Assembly: GCA_046756905.1 (NCBI GenBank)
Contig: JBHHXF010000001.1
Location: 1 to 51,710 of the forward strand
Direction of reading: 5' to 3'
Origin: Anaerolineae bacterium
Lineage (GTDB): Bacteria > Chloroflexota > Anaerolineae > Epilineales > JAANWY01
DNA length: 51,710 bases
Positions 1 through 8,577 of the stretch are shown here, piece by piece. Position 1 is the stretch's first letter, and every line of letters starts with the position of its first letter. The notes beneath the pieces were generated by a model. That model saw only the letters and a list, made by a program, of their open reading frames with translations, searched no databases and was not told where the DNA came from. The position numbers and the translations under genes were made by a program.

Positions 1-180
1 CACCCGATATCAGCCAGATAACACCAACTCCAGAGAGCTAGGGAATACAGTTAACACACTCTTTACACCCGGATAATCCTCTACCAACACGTTGATTCTA
101 CAGTAGTTGCTGGCACGTACCGCGCCCGGTATGGAATCCGGTTGCGCACTCCCAAACATCTGGTAGAGGAGGTTATTGAA

Positions 181-1272
181 ATGCGAAGACGTATCATCAT
201 TGCAGTACTGGTCAGCGTCGCTGTGTTGTCCTTGCTCCTGGCGTCAGTAGCCGGCGCCAGTCCGTCCCAGGAACCTTTTCCCCAAAGATACCACAGCAGG
301 ATGGAAGACTTTCGCTACGAACTCCATTGGGGCTTTGTCTTCGAACTGGGGCCGGCCACACCCGACTCCACGTTGATGCTGCCCATGGATGGCCGCATTC
401 AGATTGACGATGGCGATAGCGACACCCGGGAGGGGGTGCACATCATCGGTGCCCAGCTCTTTGAAGCAGATGGCACCTACGAGGAGGGCCACCGCGACCG
501 TGTGATCACGCCTCCCAGAGACACCGCTTTCCGCGAGGCCGGCGGTGTGTTCTACCCGTGGGTCGCCTGGCAGTCGTCCACAACGGATGATTGGGACGGC
601 ATGGCCGTGCGCTTCCGCTATGAAGCCGGCACCGATCCCTTGATCACCATCGAGACCGGCGACTGGTCGGCAGCCATGCCTGCCTCGGAGCTGCGCGAGC
701 TATCCCAAGTCGTACCCCTGATCGAGGAAGAGCAAGAGCTGGAGATGGGACCGTTCTTCACCCTGGCCTACCGGCTCTACGACATGGACCTCTATTGGGG
801 CTACGAACCTGAGCACGAGACCGGCCTGCCGGCGGATCACGAACTGCAGGTGTGGGACGGTGGATTGTCCATCAGCGACGGTGGCATCCGGATCATGGGG
901 GCACGCAACATGGAGTCAGGCGGCTCCCGAGAACGCGGCATGGACGACGAGGTCTTGCAGGAAGCAGACCTCAGTTCCGGCATCGAGTGGCGCTCTACGA
1001 CCCTGGACGTGTCCTTCCGGCGCGCAGCCACCGATGGGCTGGCAGTGACGTTCGTGGTACCTCGAGAAGCAAGTGATGTGACCATCAATGGCACCTTTGG
1101 TGAGACAACCCTCTCCGAAGTCTTGCCCGAGCACTGGCGCGATGCGGAGCGCATCGTGCCGGTGGACGACGAAGACCACTTCGTGCACGGCCACCTGCAC
1201 TGGTGCTGGTTCAAGACCCCCAACGGCCACTATGGGGGAGGGCACGGAGGCCACAAGCACGGGCAGGAGTAG
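181..1272 (+). CDS. exported hypothetical protein with two internal ~170-aa repeats and a His/Gly-rich C-terminal tail (possible metal binding)
   Basis: ORF 142..1272. GAGGAGG lies ~9 nt upstream of ATG 181. Signal-like segment RRRIIIAVLVSVAVLSLLLASVAGA. C-terminus HGHLHWCWFKTPNGHYGGGHGGHKHGQE. Internal similarity (MDGRIQIDDGD..GVHIIGAQLFE vs WDGGLSISDGGIRIMGARNME). No named family recognised. Confidence 0.6.
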   Translation: MRRRIIIAVLVSVAVLSLLLASVAGASPSQEPFPQRYHSRMEDFRYELHWGFVFELGPATPDSTLMLPMDGRIQIDDGDSDTREGVHIIGAQLFEADGTYEEGHRDRVITPPRDTAFREAGGVFYPWVAWQSSTTDDWDGMAVRFRYEAGTDPLITIETGDWSAAMPASELRELSQVVPLIEEEQELEMGPFFTLAYRLYDMDLYWGYEPEHETGLPADHELQVWDGGLSISDGGIRIMGARNMESGGSRERGMDDEVLQEADLSSGIEWRSTTLDVSFRRAATDGLAVTFVVPREASDVTINGTFGETTLSEVLPEHWRDAERIVPVDDEDHFVHGHLHWCWFKTPNGHYGGGHGGHKHGQE

Positions 1273-1327
1273 GCCGGCAGAGGAGCGTAGAGGGCTTAGA
1301 CCAACACCTTTCAACCAAGAGACGTTC

Positions 1328-1427
1328 AGACTTCGGAAGTCTTTCAATGGGTGCTCCGATGGCAGAATCGGCGTGAGATCAACCACGATTTTGCCAAGCG
1401 AGCGTGCTGTTGAGACTTCCGAAGTCT
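1328..1427. repeat. inverted pair of 15-mers, AGACTTCGGAAGTCT (1328-1342) and AGACTTCCGAAGTCT (1413-1427)
   Basis: The two 15-mers are exact reverse complements of each other, about 70 nt apart, just downstream of the first CDS. Confidence 0.7.
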
Positions 1428-1605
1428 TAGCGGTTAGCCATACTGACAGGCATCCCGGTTATCAGCGCCGCGCCGTGGCTTCCTCACGACCGTAGCGGTT
1501 CCTCCCAACCTTCACGCGAAAGCGACGACAGGAATCAGCCCCATTCGCTCCGGTGGCTTCTTCATGGCGGCGATCTCTTCAACTTGATGGAGTAGAGTGG
1601 GCCGG

Positions 1606-1634
1606 TTGACAGTCGAAAAAGACCCTGCTATAAT
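1606..1634 (+). promoter_or_regulatory. sigma70-type promoter TTGACA-17-TATAAT, followed by an imperfect inverted repeat TTTGGAA-N20-TTCCAAA (1634-1667)
   Basis: TTGACA 1606-1611 and TATAAT 1629-1634 with 17-nt spacing. The inverted repeat lies between the -10 and ATG 1670. Confidence 0.55.
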
Positions 1635-1669
1635 TTGGAATGGTTCTTGCTAAGAAAGGGTTCCAAATA

Positions 1670-2107
1670 ATGGATGTTGATGCTATTGTAGATCGAATGC
1701 GAGAATGTGGACACCGCCTGACGCCTCAGCGGTTGGCTATCTTCAGGGCATTGGCCGCCAGTAAGGAACACCCGTCGGCTCAGATGCTCCATGAAGAACT
1801 GCGGAGAACCTCTCCAGTGATGAGTCTGGCGACGGTCTATAGCACCTTGGAGCTTCTCAAGGAGATGGGCGAGATTGTTGAGGTGGGCTTCAGCAACGAA
1901 GGCCGGCGCTACGAGCCAAACCTGCATCCGCACGTGAATTTGGTCTGTGTGGAATGCGGAAGGATCCAGGACTTCGAAGCATTGGCCATGAGCCCGGTAG
2001 AGCAGGCTGTGGCTGATGGGCCCGGGTATGAGATCCGGGGCTCGCGAGTGGAATACTACGGTCTGTGCCCCGATTGCCAGCAAGCGGCCGGGATGGAGTC
2101 AGCCTGA
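1670..2107 (+). CDS. Fur-family metalloregulator (paralog 1)
   Basis: Winged-helix motif RLTPQRLAIFRAL, SLATVYSTLELL, and CxxC...CxxC (CVEC, CPDC). The ORF track starts at 1640, but that ATG sits 6 nt after the -10. ATG 1670 is preferred. Confidence 0.85.
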   Translation: MDVDAIVDRMRECGHRLTPQRLAIFRALAASKEHPSAQMLHEELRRTSPVMSLATVYSTLELLKEMGEIVEVGFSNEGRRYEPNLHPHVNLVCVECGRIQDFEALAMSPVEQAVADGPGYEIRGSRVEYYGLCPDCQQAAGMESA

Positions 2108-2562
2108 TGAGCACACCGAGTCTGGACAGCGCCATCGCGGACATGCGGGCTGCCGGCAAACGCATGACCATCCAGCGGGAGGCCGTGCTCGCCATCTTGG
2201 CTCAACAGTACCCTCGCCATCTAGATGCTGCCGAGATCTTCGAGCGGGCCCGCCACAGCGTGCCGAGAATCAACCTGGCATCGGTATATCGAACATTGAA
2301 GGTCCTGGGAGAACTGGACCTGGTGGACGAGATGCCGATCGATGGTGGCCGGCGGTATGGGCTGCGGAGCGCGAGTGAGCAATACCATCTGGTTTGCAGT
2401 CAGTGCGACCAGGTGCTCGCCGTGTCGAGTCCGGTGTTGGAGCAACTGCGACAGGACCTAGCTCGTGAGCTGCCCTTTGTGATCGACGATCTGGAAGTGA
2501 ATCTCATCGGTCACTGTGATAGCGGTGAGACAGCGTGTCAGTGGTCTGATACCGGAATCTGA
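2107..2562 (+). CDS. Fur-family metalloregulator (paralog 2), translationally coupled to paralog 1
   Basis: ATGA start/stop overlap at 2105-2109. Motifs RMTIQREAVLAIL, LASVYRTLKVL and CSQC. The second Cys pair is atypical (HCDSGETAC). Confidence 0.8.
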   Translation: MSTPSLDSAIADMRAAGKRMTIQREAVLAILAQQYPRHLDAAEIFERARHSVPRINLASVYRTLKVLGELDLVDEMPIDGGRRYGLRSASEQYHLVCSQCDQVLAVSSPVLEQLRQDLARELPFVIDDLEVNLIGHCDSGETACQWSDTGI

Positions 2563-2580
2563 TCGCCTTTCTGCATCATG

Positions 2581-2616
2581 AAAGACCCGCCTCCGTGGAG
2601 GCGGGTCTTTTTGTTT
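2581..2616 (+). terminator. rho-independent terminator
   Basis: AAAGACCCGCCTCC / GGAGGCGGGTCTTT stem followed by TTTTGTTT. Confidence 0.8.
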
Positions 2617-2694
2617 CCTGGGAAGCTGTCACCTTCTCAGATCAGCTTTGACCGAATTTTGACCAGTTTTTGATTGCCCTGAACCCCGAAGGGA

Positions 2695-2723
2695 TTGACA
2701 GACAGTTGAGGTTTTGCTATAAT
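2695..2723 (+). promoter_or_regulatory. sigma70-type promoter TTGACA-17-TATAAT
   Basis: TTGACA 2695-2700 and TATAAT 2718-2723 with exact 17-nt spacing. Confidence 0.65.
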
Positions 2724-2725
2724 GC

Positions 2726-2746
2726 TTTTGCAAATCATTTGCAAAA
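2726..2746. promoter_or_regulatory. perfect 10-1-10 palindrome TTTTGCAAAT-C-ATTTGCAAAA, a Fur-box-like operator
   Basis: Reverse complement checked by hand. It starts 3 nt after the -10, over the expected transcription start. Its AATCATT core is the same as the centre of the classical Fur box. Confidence 0.6.
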
Positions 2747-2780
2747 AGGCAGATGCGAGCGTGGAAAGGTGGATACCTGA

Positions 2781-3215
2781 GTGAAAGAGGCAGAAAAAGC
2801 ACTTCGCAATGAGGGCCTCCGGGTCACGGCTCAGCGGGCCTTAATTCTGGACATCGTTCGCGAGAGTGATGAGCACCTCGATGCTGACGACATCTACTTC
2901 AGGGCGCGCCAGCAGGATCCTAAGCTCAGTCTTTCCACCGTGTACCGCACACTGAGCATCCTCAAAGAAATGGGTCTCGTGAACCAGCGATATTTTGCGC
3001 GCGATCACGGCCGGGAATACTATGAATCCTCGGCCACTCCTGAGCACTACCATTTTACCTGCGTTTCATGCGGGCAGATCGTAGAATTTAAGACACCTCT
3101 GATCGAACAACTGAAGCGCGATTTGGTGCAGGAGTACGGCGTTCGGTTCAACCATACTTGCATCTGCTTTGAGGGCTACTGTGCGGAGTGTCACGCAGAC
3201 GCCCATGGCGATTGA
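2781..3215 (+). CDS. Fur-family metalloregulator (paralog 3), GTG start
   Basis: Motifs RVTAQRALILDIV, LSTVYRTLSILKEMG and HYHFTCVSCG...CAEC. Confidence 0.85.
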   Translation: MKEAEKALRNEGLRVTAQRALILDIVRESDEHLDADDIYFRARQQDPKLSLSTVYRTLSILKEMGLVNQRYFARDHGREYYESSATPEHYHFTCVSCGQIVEFKTPLIEQLKRDLVQEYGVRFNHTCICFEGYCAECHADAHGD

Positions 3216-3269
3216 TTCAGCGTCCCAATGGCTGCCCTTTCGGGTAGCACAATCAGAAAGGAGTTTTCG

Positions 3270-4511
3270 ATGATTGAACGAACTTCCACAACAAAACAAG
3301 AGGGCATGGGCGGCCACCCATACCCTCGGACGAGAGGGCGTGCAACCAGCAAAGCTCCCCTCGCCAACTCCCATTATACCGCTCCATTGAGTACCTGTCA
3401 AGAAGCTTTGGCAGCTCGCTTCAAGTCAGTGCTAGTCGTTGCGCTGCTGATTCTAACTGTCCCATTGGCTGCATGTGCTCCAGCAGCCGCGCCTCAGACG
3501 ATCCGGGAGACCGTTCCAGTTGAAGTCACTCGCGAGGTCCAGTTCGAGGTGGTAAAAGAGGTCAAAGTCCCGGCCAATCCGGGCGCGCTGATCGTCTACT
3601 CCGGCCGCAGTGAGAGTCTGGTTGGCCCGATCATCGAGCAGTTCGCCGAGGCGACCGGAATCGAGGTGGAAGTGCGCTACGGCAAAACAGCCGAGATGGC
3701 GGCCACATTGTTGGAGGAGGGCCAGAACTCGCCGGCTGACATCTTCTTTGCGCAGGATCCGGGTGGTCTGGGGGCAGTTGCTGAAACCGGGATGCTGGCT
3801 CCGCTGCCTGAAGACATCCTGGCAACGGTTGATCCGCGTTTCCGCTCACCGGACGGGCTGTGGGTTGGCATCTCCGGCCGTGCCCGCGTGATCGTGTACA
3901 ACACCGAGCGGGTCAGCCCAAAAGACCTGCCGGACGACATCTGGGACTTCACGGATCCGAAGTGGAGCGGTCGCATTGGCTGGGCGCCGACTAATGGTTC
4001 CTTCCAGACGATGGTGACGGGCATGCGGCAGGTATGGGGAGAGGAGAAGACCCGCGAGTGGCTGGAAGGTATCCAAGCCAACAAGCCCGGAGTCTACCCT
4101 AAGAACACTCCCATTGTCGCCGCCGCTGGCGCGGGTGAGATCGACGTCGGCTTCGTGAATCACTACTACCTGTATCGCTTCATCCAGGAAGAGGGCGAGA
4201 CCTTCCGCGCCCGCAACTACTTCCTGCCGGGCAGTGGGCCGGGTTCGTTGGTCATGGTTGCGGGCGCCGGGCGGATTGCCACCGGTCCGAACGAGGCCAA
4301 CGCGCTCAAGTTCATCGAGTTCATGCTCTCACCGGTGGCGCAGCAGTACTTCGCCAGCCAAACCTTCGAGTATCCCCTGGTGGAAGGGGTGCGCACGCAC
4401 CGTGAGCTGACGCCGTTGAGCGAGCTGAACGCGATTGACGTGGACCTGGCTGACCTGGCTGACCTGCAAGGCACGGTTCAACTGTTGAGTGATGTTGGAG
4501 CGTTACCGTAG
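3270..4511 (+). CDS. Fe(3+)-type ABC transporter periplasmic/lipoprotein substrate-binding protein (FbpA/AfuA-like)
   Basis: AAAGGAG lies 6 nt before ATG 3270. Lipobox-like LAAC after a hydrophobic segment. Body typical of family-1 solute-binding proteins (VYSGRSE.., FFAQDPG, GISGRARV). Only 54 nt downstream of Fur paralog 3. Confidence 0.8.
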   Translation: MIERTSTTKQEGMGGHPYPRTRGRATSKAPLANSHYTAPLSTCQEALAARFKSVLVVALLILTVPLAACAPAAAPQTIRETVPVEVTREVQFEVVKEVKVPANPGALIVYSGRSESLVGPIIEQFAEATGIEVEVRYGKTAEMAATLLEEGQNSPADIFFAQDPGGLGAVAETGMLAPLPEDILATVDPRFRSPDGLWVGISGRARVIVYNTERVSPKDLPDDIWDFTDPKWSGRIGWAPTNGSFQTMVTGMRQVWGEEKTREWLEGIQANKPGVYPKNTPIVAAAGAGEIDVGFVNHYYLYRFIQEEGETFRARNYFLPGSGPGSLVMVAGAGRIATGPNEANALKFIEFMLSPVAQQYFASQTFEYPLVEGVRTHRELTPLSELNAIDVDLADLADLQGTVQLLSDVGALP

Positions 4512-6231
4512 ACCATTCAGGAGCCTCAGTCGATCCAATTTTGCTCGGCCTGGATTGCCAAATCCAGGCCAACGTCGGAGAGTTGGCAAATCCCTCGGAG
4601 CAATTTTGGATCTACTGAGCCTGGAGATTGGAGACTGGAGACCGAAGATTAAGGGTCTCCAGTCTCCAATCTCCGATCTGGCACTGTGGAGCGCTGCTGC
4701 TCTGGTAGCGGCAGCGCTCCTGCTGCCGACCGGCTATCTGCTCATACGCGCAGTTGAGGCGGGGGATGTAGCCTGGCAAGTCCTGTTTCAGTTCCGCACC
4801 GTGGCGATCCTTGGCCGCACGAGCTGGTTGGCGCTGTCGGTGACGGCAGCTTCGGTTGCCATCGCCGTGCCGTTGGCCTGGCTCACTGTCCGCACCGATC
4901 TGCCCCTGCGCCGGCTGTGGGCCGTGCTCACACCCCTACCGCTTGTGATTCCCAGCTATGTAGGCGCCTTTCTCGCGGTGTCGGCGCTCGGGCCGCGTGG
5001 CCTGCTGCAGCAACTCCTGGAAGGACCATTCGGCATCGAACGGCTGCCCGACATCTACGGCTTCCCCGGCGCTATGCTGACCCTGACGCTGTTGAGCTAT
5101 CCCTATGTTCTGCTCAGTGCGCGGGCTGCTTTGCAGCGCATGGACCCGGCGCTGGAAGAGACGTCGCGGAGCCTCGGCTACGGCCCCTGGGCGACCTTTC
5201 GCGGGATCACGTTACCGCACCTGCGACCGGCTTTGGGGGCGGGAGGTCTGCTGGTGGCGCTTTACACCCTCAGAGACTTCGGCGCTGTCTCGATAATGCG
5301 CTACAATACGTTTACACGCGTGATCTTCGTGCAGTATCAGACCTTTGATCGCTCGGCGGCGGCCTCGCTGGCACTGGTGCTGGTGGCGCTGACGCTAGGC
5401 ATCCTGGCGCTGGAAGCTCGCACCCGTGGCCAGGCGCGCTACTACCGCAGCGGTGTCGGCGCCGCCCGTCCGCCGGCGCTCGTCCGGCTTGGCCTCTGGC
5501 GCTGGCCGGCATTGATCTTTTGTACTGCTATCGTCTTTCTTAGTCTGGTGTTGCCAGCCGGCGTGCTACTCTTCTGGCTGGTGCGTGGCCTGCGGGCTGG
5601 CGAGCCGCTGCTGCCCCTGGGGTTGGCGGTTTGGAATTCTATCTCGGCCTCAGCTCTGGCGGCCGGCGTCGCCGTGGCCGCCGCTTTGCCGGTGACGATC
5701 CTCAGCGTGCGCCGTTCGAGCCCCCTCACCCACCTGTTGGAGCGGTTGACCTACTCTGCCTTCGCGCTGCCGGGTATCGTCGTCGCACTGGCCCTGGTCT
5801 TCTTCGGCGCTCGCTACGCCCGGCCACTCTACCAGACCCTGCCGATGCTGATCCTGGCCTACGGCATCCTGTTCCTACCTCAGGCGGTGGGGTCCGCGCG
5901 CGCCTCGCTGCTCCAGGTGCATCCCAGTCTCGAGGAGACCGCCCGCAGCCTGGGCCGGCGGCCGCTCCGGGTCTTCGCAACCATCACCCTGCCGCTGGCG
6001 TGGCCGGGGGTCGCGGCCGGCGCGGGCCTGGTGTTCCTGACCACGATGAAGGAGCTGCCGGCGACCTTGGTTCTGGCCCCGCTTGGCTTCAAGACGCTGG
6101 CCACCGGTGTCTGGTCGGCGGTATCGGAAGCCTTCTTCGCTCAAGCCGCCGCGCCGGCCCTGCTCCTCATTCTGGTCTCCTCGCTACCCATGACATTCTT
6201 CATCCTGCGTGAGCAAAAGGAAGGGTTATGA
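4489..6231 (+). CDS. Fe(3+)-type ABC transporter permease, fused two-domain (FbpB/AfuB-like); start uncertain
   Basis: About 12 hydrophobic segments and two EAA-like loops (SRSLGYGPWATFRGITLP, ARSLGRRPLRVFATITLP). The first ~63 codons of the ORF read through the repeat elements, so the true start is probably near 4678-4700. No canonical start codon was identified there. Confidence 0.8.
   Translation: MMLERYRRPFRSLSRSNFARPGLPNPGQRRRVGKSLGAILDLLSLEIGDWRPKIKGLQSPISDLALWSAAALVAAALLLPTGYLLIRAVEAGDVAWQVLFQFRTVAILGRTSWLALSVTAASVAIAVPLAWLTVRTDLPLRRLWAVLTPLPLVIPSYVGAFLAVSALGPRGLLQQLLEGPFGIERLPDIYGFPGAMLTLTLLSYPYVLLSARAALQRMDPALEETSRSLGYGPWATFRGITLPHLRPALGAGGLLVALYTLRDFGAVSIMRYNTFTRVIFVQYQTFDRSAAASLALVLVALTLGILALEARTRGQARYYRSGVGAARPPALVRLGLWRWPALIFCTAIVFLSLVLPAGVLLFWLVRGLRAGEPLLPLGLAVWNSISASALAAGVAVAAALPVTILSVRRSSPLTHLLERLTYSAFALPGIVVALALVFFGARYARPLYQTLPMLILAYGILFLPQAVGSARASLLQVHPSLEETARSLGRRPLRVFATITLPLAWPGVAAGAGLVFLTTMKELPATLVLAPLGFKTLATGVWSAVSEAFFAQAAAPALLLILVSSLPMTFFILREQKEGL
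4547..4570. repeat. hairpin GGCCTGGATT-GCCA-AATCCAGGCC (copy 1 of 2 in the window)
   Basis: 10-bp perfect stem. Near-identical copy at 50258-50281. It is nested inside an imperfect outer inverted repeat GATCCAATTTTGCTC ... GAGCAATTTTGGATC. Confidence 0.8.
4623..4674. repeat. perfect 21-bp-stem foldback of heptamers GGAGATT GGAGACT GGAGACC / GGTCTCC AGTCTCC AATCTCC
   Basis: Reverse complement verified by hand, with a 10-nt loop. Lies between the binding-protein and permease genes. Confidence 0.9.
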
Positions 6232-7289
6232 GTCACATTGCAGTCCACTGTGCAGGTTTGACCAAATCATTTGGGAGCGTTCGAGCTGTGGATGGTCTGG
6301 ATCTAACAGTGCTAGAGGGAGAAATCCTGGCGCTGCTAGGCCCCAGCGGCTGCGGCAAGACCACCGCGCTGCGTCTTATCGCCGGCTTCGAAGCACCAGA
6401 CGCCGGCAAAGTGGCGATTGGCGGTCGGCCGGTAGCCGGACCGGGTGTTTGTCTGCCACCGGAGCAGCGCCGGGCGGGTATGGTGTTTCAGGACTATGCC
6501 CTCTTTCCCCACCTGACCGTGGCGGAGAACGTGGCCTACGGCTTGTCAGGGGGCCGCAAAACCGAGCGGGTGCAGGAGGTCCTGGCGCTAGTGGGCCTGG
6601 TTGGCCTTGAGGCGCGGCTGCCGCACGAGCTTTCTGGCGGCCAGCAGCAACGGGTGGCCCTAGCGCGCGCCCTGGCCCCTCAGCCGGAGGTACTCCTGCT
6701 GGACGAGCCCTTCTCCAACCTGGACACCGGGCGGCGGGCCCGGGTCCGTGAAGAGGTCCAGGAGATCCTCAAGACAAGCGGTGCCACGGCAATTTTCGTC
6801 ACACACGATCAGGAGGAGGCCTTGTTCATGGGCGATCGGGTGGCTGTGCTTAACACCGGACGACTGGAGCAGGTCGGCACGCCGGACGAGATTTTCGGGG
6901 TGCCGGCATCGCGCTTCGTGGCCGAATTCATGGGCCCCACAGACTTCCTGCCCGGCGAGGTGACGCCCGAAGGCGTGCGCACGGAAATCGGCGTGCTGGC
7001 TCAGCGGGTGGATCTGACGGTGGGCACGCACGTGGAAGTCGCCATCCGGGCCGACGACGTGACGTTGGACCCCGACCCGACTTCGGCAGCCAGGGTGCTG
7101 GCCCGGCTCTTCAAGGGTACAGTGAATGTGTATCGCGTGCGGCTGCCCTCCGGCCGGATCATCCACAGCCTGCAAGCGCACACACTGAGGCTTGCGCCCG
7201 GCATGTCCGTGCGTGTGCAGGCCGAGCCAGGACACGCGCTGGCCTGTTTTGCCCGCAACGGCGCGAGGCCGTCGAGCCACTGCGAATGA
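6228..7289 (+). CDS. Fe(3+)-type ABC transporter ATP-binding protein (FbpC/AfuC-like)
   Basis: Walker [10 protein letters not shown], signature LSGGQQQRV, Walker [13 protein letters not shown] overlap with the permease stop. Confidence 0.9.
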   Translation: MSHIAVHCAGLTKSFGSVRAVDGLDLTVLEGEILALLGPSGCGKTTALRLIAGFEAPDAGKVAIGGRPVAGPGVCLPPEQRRAGMVFQDYALFPHLTVAENVAYGLSGGRKTERVQEVLALVGLVGLEARLPHELSGGQQQRVALARALAPQPEVLLLDEPFSNLDTGRRARVREEVQEILKTSGATAIFVTHDQEEALFMGDRVAVLNTGRLEQVGTPDEIFGVPASRFVAEFMGPTDFLPGEVTPEGVRTEIGVLAQRVDLTVGTHVEVAIRADDVTLDPDPTSAARVLARLFKGTVNVYRVRLPSGRIIHSLQAHTLRLAPGMSVRVQAEPGHALACFARNGARPSSHCE

Positions 7290-7395
7290 CGTTGAGCGCA
7301 ACCTGGATCTCCGTCTACGCCTCGGGCCTGTTTGGTACCTCGTTCTGCTCGTGGCCGGCGTGTCGCGCAGGCCGGCCAATTGACCTCCCGCCGTA

Positions 7396-8188
7396 TCAGG
7401 AATGCAACCTCTCTCGGCGTAGCAATTCGTCAGCCCAGGCCGCGTCATCGGGAGCGAGGGATGCATCCGGTTCTTCGCTGTAGTCGATCAGATCGGCGTA
7501 GGCGCCGTTCTCGTAGCAGCGCTCGAAAACCGCCTGCAAGTCAAGCACGGCGTCCGGGTCTGGCTCCAGCAGCGGAATAGTGACGCGGGGCAGGCGCTGG
7601 CGCAGGGTGAGGGGGTAGACCTCGAACCGCTCGCGATGTCTGGCCCGGCTGATACTGATCACGTAGTACCATGGTTGGTAGGGGATGATATGGTAAGGCG
7701 GAATAGCTACCGTGTGCTCGCCCCGGCACAGCAGGTCGATCTCTATCAGGCTGGTCTCGCTGGACAGCACGTCTTCCTGCTTGCGCAGGTACAGCTCGCG
7801 CCCCTCCCCGGAGGTCTTGTTGGCCGGACTGGGGACTTCGATTACCGTGACGACGCGACCGCCCTGGGTGAGATCAAGGATCTCGATAAAGACCTCTCGC
7901 ACTTCCTCAGGCAGCAGGGAGATGACCACCGGCCGGTCGGGCTCCATTACCGCCACGCCGGGGGGGGCCGGCCGGCACACGGGCCGCCGGCTGTTCGGTG
8001 AGCGCCACGTCCGGGTACACCCGCGGCGGATGTATCATGTAGACCCGCTCGTCGATGTGGGCATGGTAGCGGGGCCGAATTGAGGGTTGAAGCGCATCCG
8101 CGCTGTAGGTGATCAGTCTCTGGTGCAAGTCCGGCCAAATGGTCCGACTTTCCAGATAGGGATCCATGCCGGGAAATGGGCTTGACAT
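7396..8188 (-). pseudogene. DUF4058-family gene interrupted by a frameshift in a G8/C8 homopolymer
   Basis: ORF 7907..8188 (MSSPFPGMDPYLESRTIWPDLHQRLI...) and ORF 7396..7980 (..PVVISLLPEEVREVFIEILD...) are the N- and C-halves of one protein in different frames. The frames switch at the run of 8 G at 7960-7967. Confidence 0.7.
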
Positions 8189-8244
8189 ACCGGGTTCCTC
8201 AGACTTTGAGTTACCTCAAATGATGCGCCACTTAGACAATAGAC

Positions 8245-8273
8245 ATTATACCATATGGGGAGACAGCAATCAA
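8245..8273 (-). promoter_or_regulatory. promoter TTGATT-17-TGgTATAAT for the DUF4058 gene
   Basis: On the minus strand, -10 TATAAT = 8245-8250 with an upstream TG, and -35 TTGATT = 8268-8273. Confidence 0.5.
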
Positions 8274-8577
8274 TCCGGTGATCCCGCCGAGGGGCGGGGC
8301 CGGCCCGTGGTCGAGTCCTGCTCGACATGGCCGACATCTTCCATCAGCATATCGGAGGGCGAACCCCCGTTGCGGCAGCTAGATCAGCCGGCCTACCCCG
8401 CCTTGAACCCCCTCATCATGCCAAAGACACCGTTGGACTGGCCGGCGTCCGGATCAGACGGGCGGCAGATCACAGCATAGTTGCCCGGCCCAAGATCGCT
8501 GGTCAGGAAGCCGGCCTCACCCGACGCGACGTCCATAGTGCCGTCGATCAGCTCTCCGGGTGTTAGAGACAGCCGTG

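Noticed and set aside
1640-1669. ATG 1640 as the start of the first fur gene
   Set aside because: It lies 6 nt downstream of the -10 hexamer and inside the putative operator inverted repeat. ATG 1670 has a purine-rich stretch upstream and gives a typical Fur N-terminus.
6660-7466. 268-aa minus-strand ORF antisense to the ABC ATPase gene
   Set aside because: It overlaps a CDS with Walker A, signature and Walker B motifs, and has shadow-frame composition.
8393-8555. Minus-strand open frame ending ..PGNYAVICRPSDPDAGQSNGVFGMMRGFKAG, vaguely cupredoxin-like
   Set aside because: It is too short and has no start codon. The cupredoxin His ligand is missing and no family could be assigned. It is mentioned only as probable gene debris.
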